Assembly: GCF_001194135.2 (NCBI RefSeq) | Contig: NC_069002.1 | Location: 32,975,198-33,026,645 of the forward strand | Length of the DNA: 51,448 bases | From: Octopus bimaculoides | Lineage: Eukaryota | Reading direction: 5' to 3' | In this document: positions 50,870-51,448 of the stretch, in pieces | How positions within the stretch are numbered: position 1 is the stretch's first letter | Layout of the letters: each line of letters starts with the position of its first letter | The notes under the pieces: generated by a model | Told to the model about the DNA's origin: nothing | Seen by the model: the letters and a program-made list of their open reading frames with translations, nothing else | Database searches by the model: none | Program-made: the position numbers and the translations under genes

Positions 50870-51448
50870 GTTCACTTTTTTTTTCAAATTACACCCTTAT
50901 AAGGTAGTTATCTCAACGGAGATGATTCAGCAGAGACATCAGCATTTCAGCTTATTTAAATGGATCAGGAAGGGAAGGAGCGATCGAGACAGAGAGAGGG
51001 CGCTGGTGCGAGAGAGCGAAATGCTTAAACAGAAACACGGCAAAAAGAAAAAAAAAATCCTACAATACAAACAATAAAAAATAAATATATAAATAGCGTA
51101 TGATTTCTGAAAGAAAAATTTCTGAAAAGAAAATTATTGTTATTGATAATGGCGTTGATTAGTCCTAACAAAGAATTCTTGGAAAATGGAAATATGGAAT
51201 ACGTAAAAAAAAAAAAAATCCAGCGTATTGACACAAAATTGTATAAAATGACAGGTGAGTGCGCGGGTGTGTGTGTGTCTATGCAGCAATGTATCTAACT
51301 GTATCGTCTGTGATGTGTAAGCATTTGTGTTTGAGGCAATTGTGTGTATTGCCTTATTATATAACTACCGAGTATATCTGCGAATGAGCATGTGATTCTA
51401 TGTACATATGTGTAAATATATAAATTAATATATATATATATATATATA

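Overview
AT-rich eukaryotic draft-assembly DNA with 12 N-gaps and dense microsatellites. The SINE families and repeat style match my recollection of Octopus genomes; this is an inference, not a database match. No complete protein-coding gene, rRNA, intact tRNA gene or CRISPR array is supported, and almost all long ORFs in the track are microsatellite or N-run artefacts. Supported content: about 30 copies or fragments of four tRNA-headed SINE families (A-D here), decayed non-LTR retrotransposons (RTE, two L1/Tx1 3' ends, four R4/Dong pieces, a probable Penelope endonuclease fragment), a MITE-like foldback, a 137-140 bp minisatellite and a few low-confidence minus-strand exon candidates. Best leads: (1) a tRNA-headed SINE whose two copies together reconstruct a Penelope-type minimal hammerhead ribozyme; (2) a SINE 3' tail that aligns to the Tx1 LINE 3' end, with recurrent junctions at one point in the SINE head; (3) three R4/Dong fragments stacked between (TAA)n tracts.
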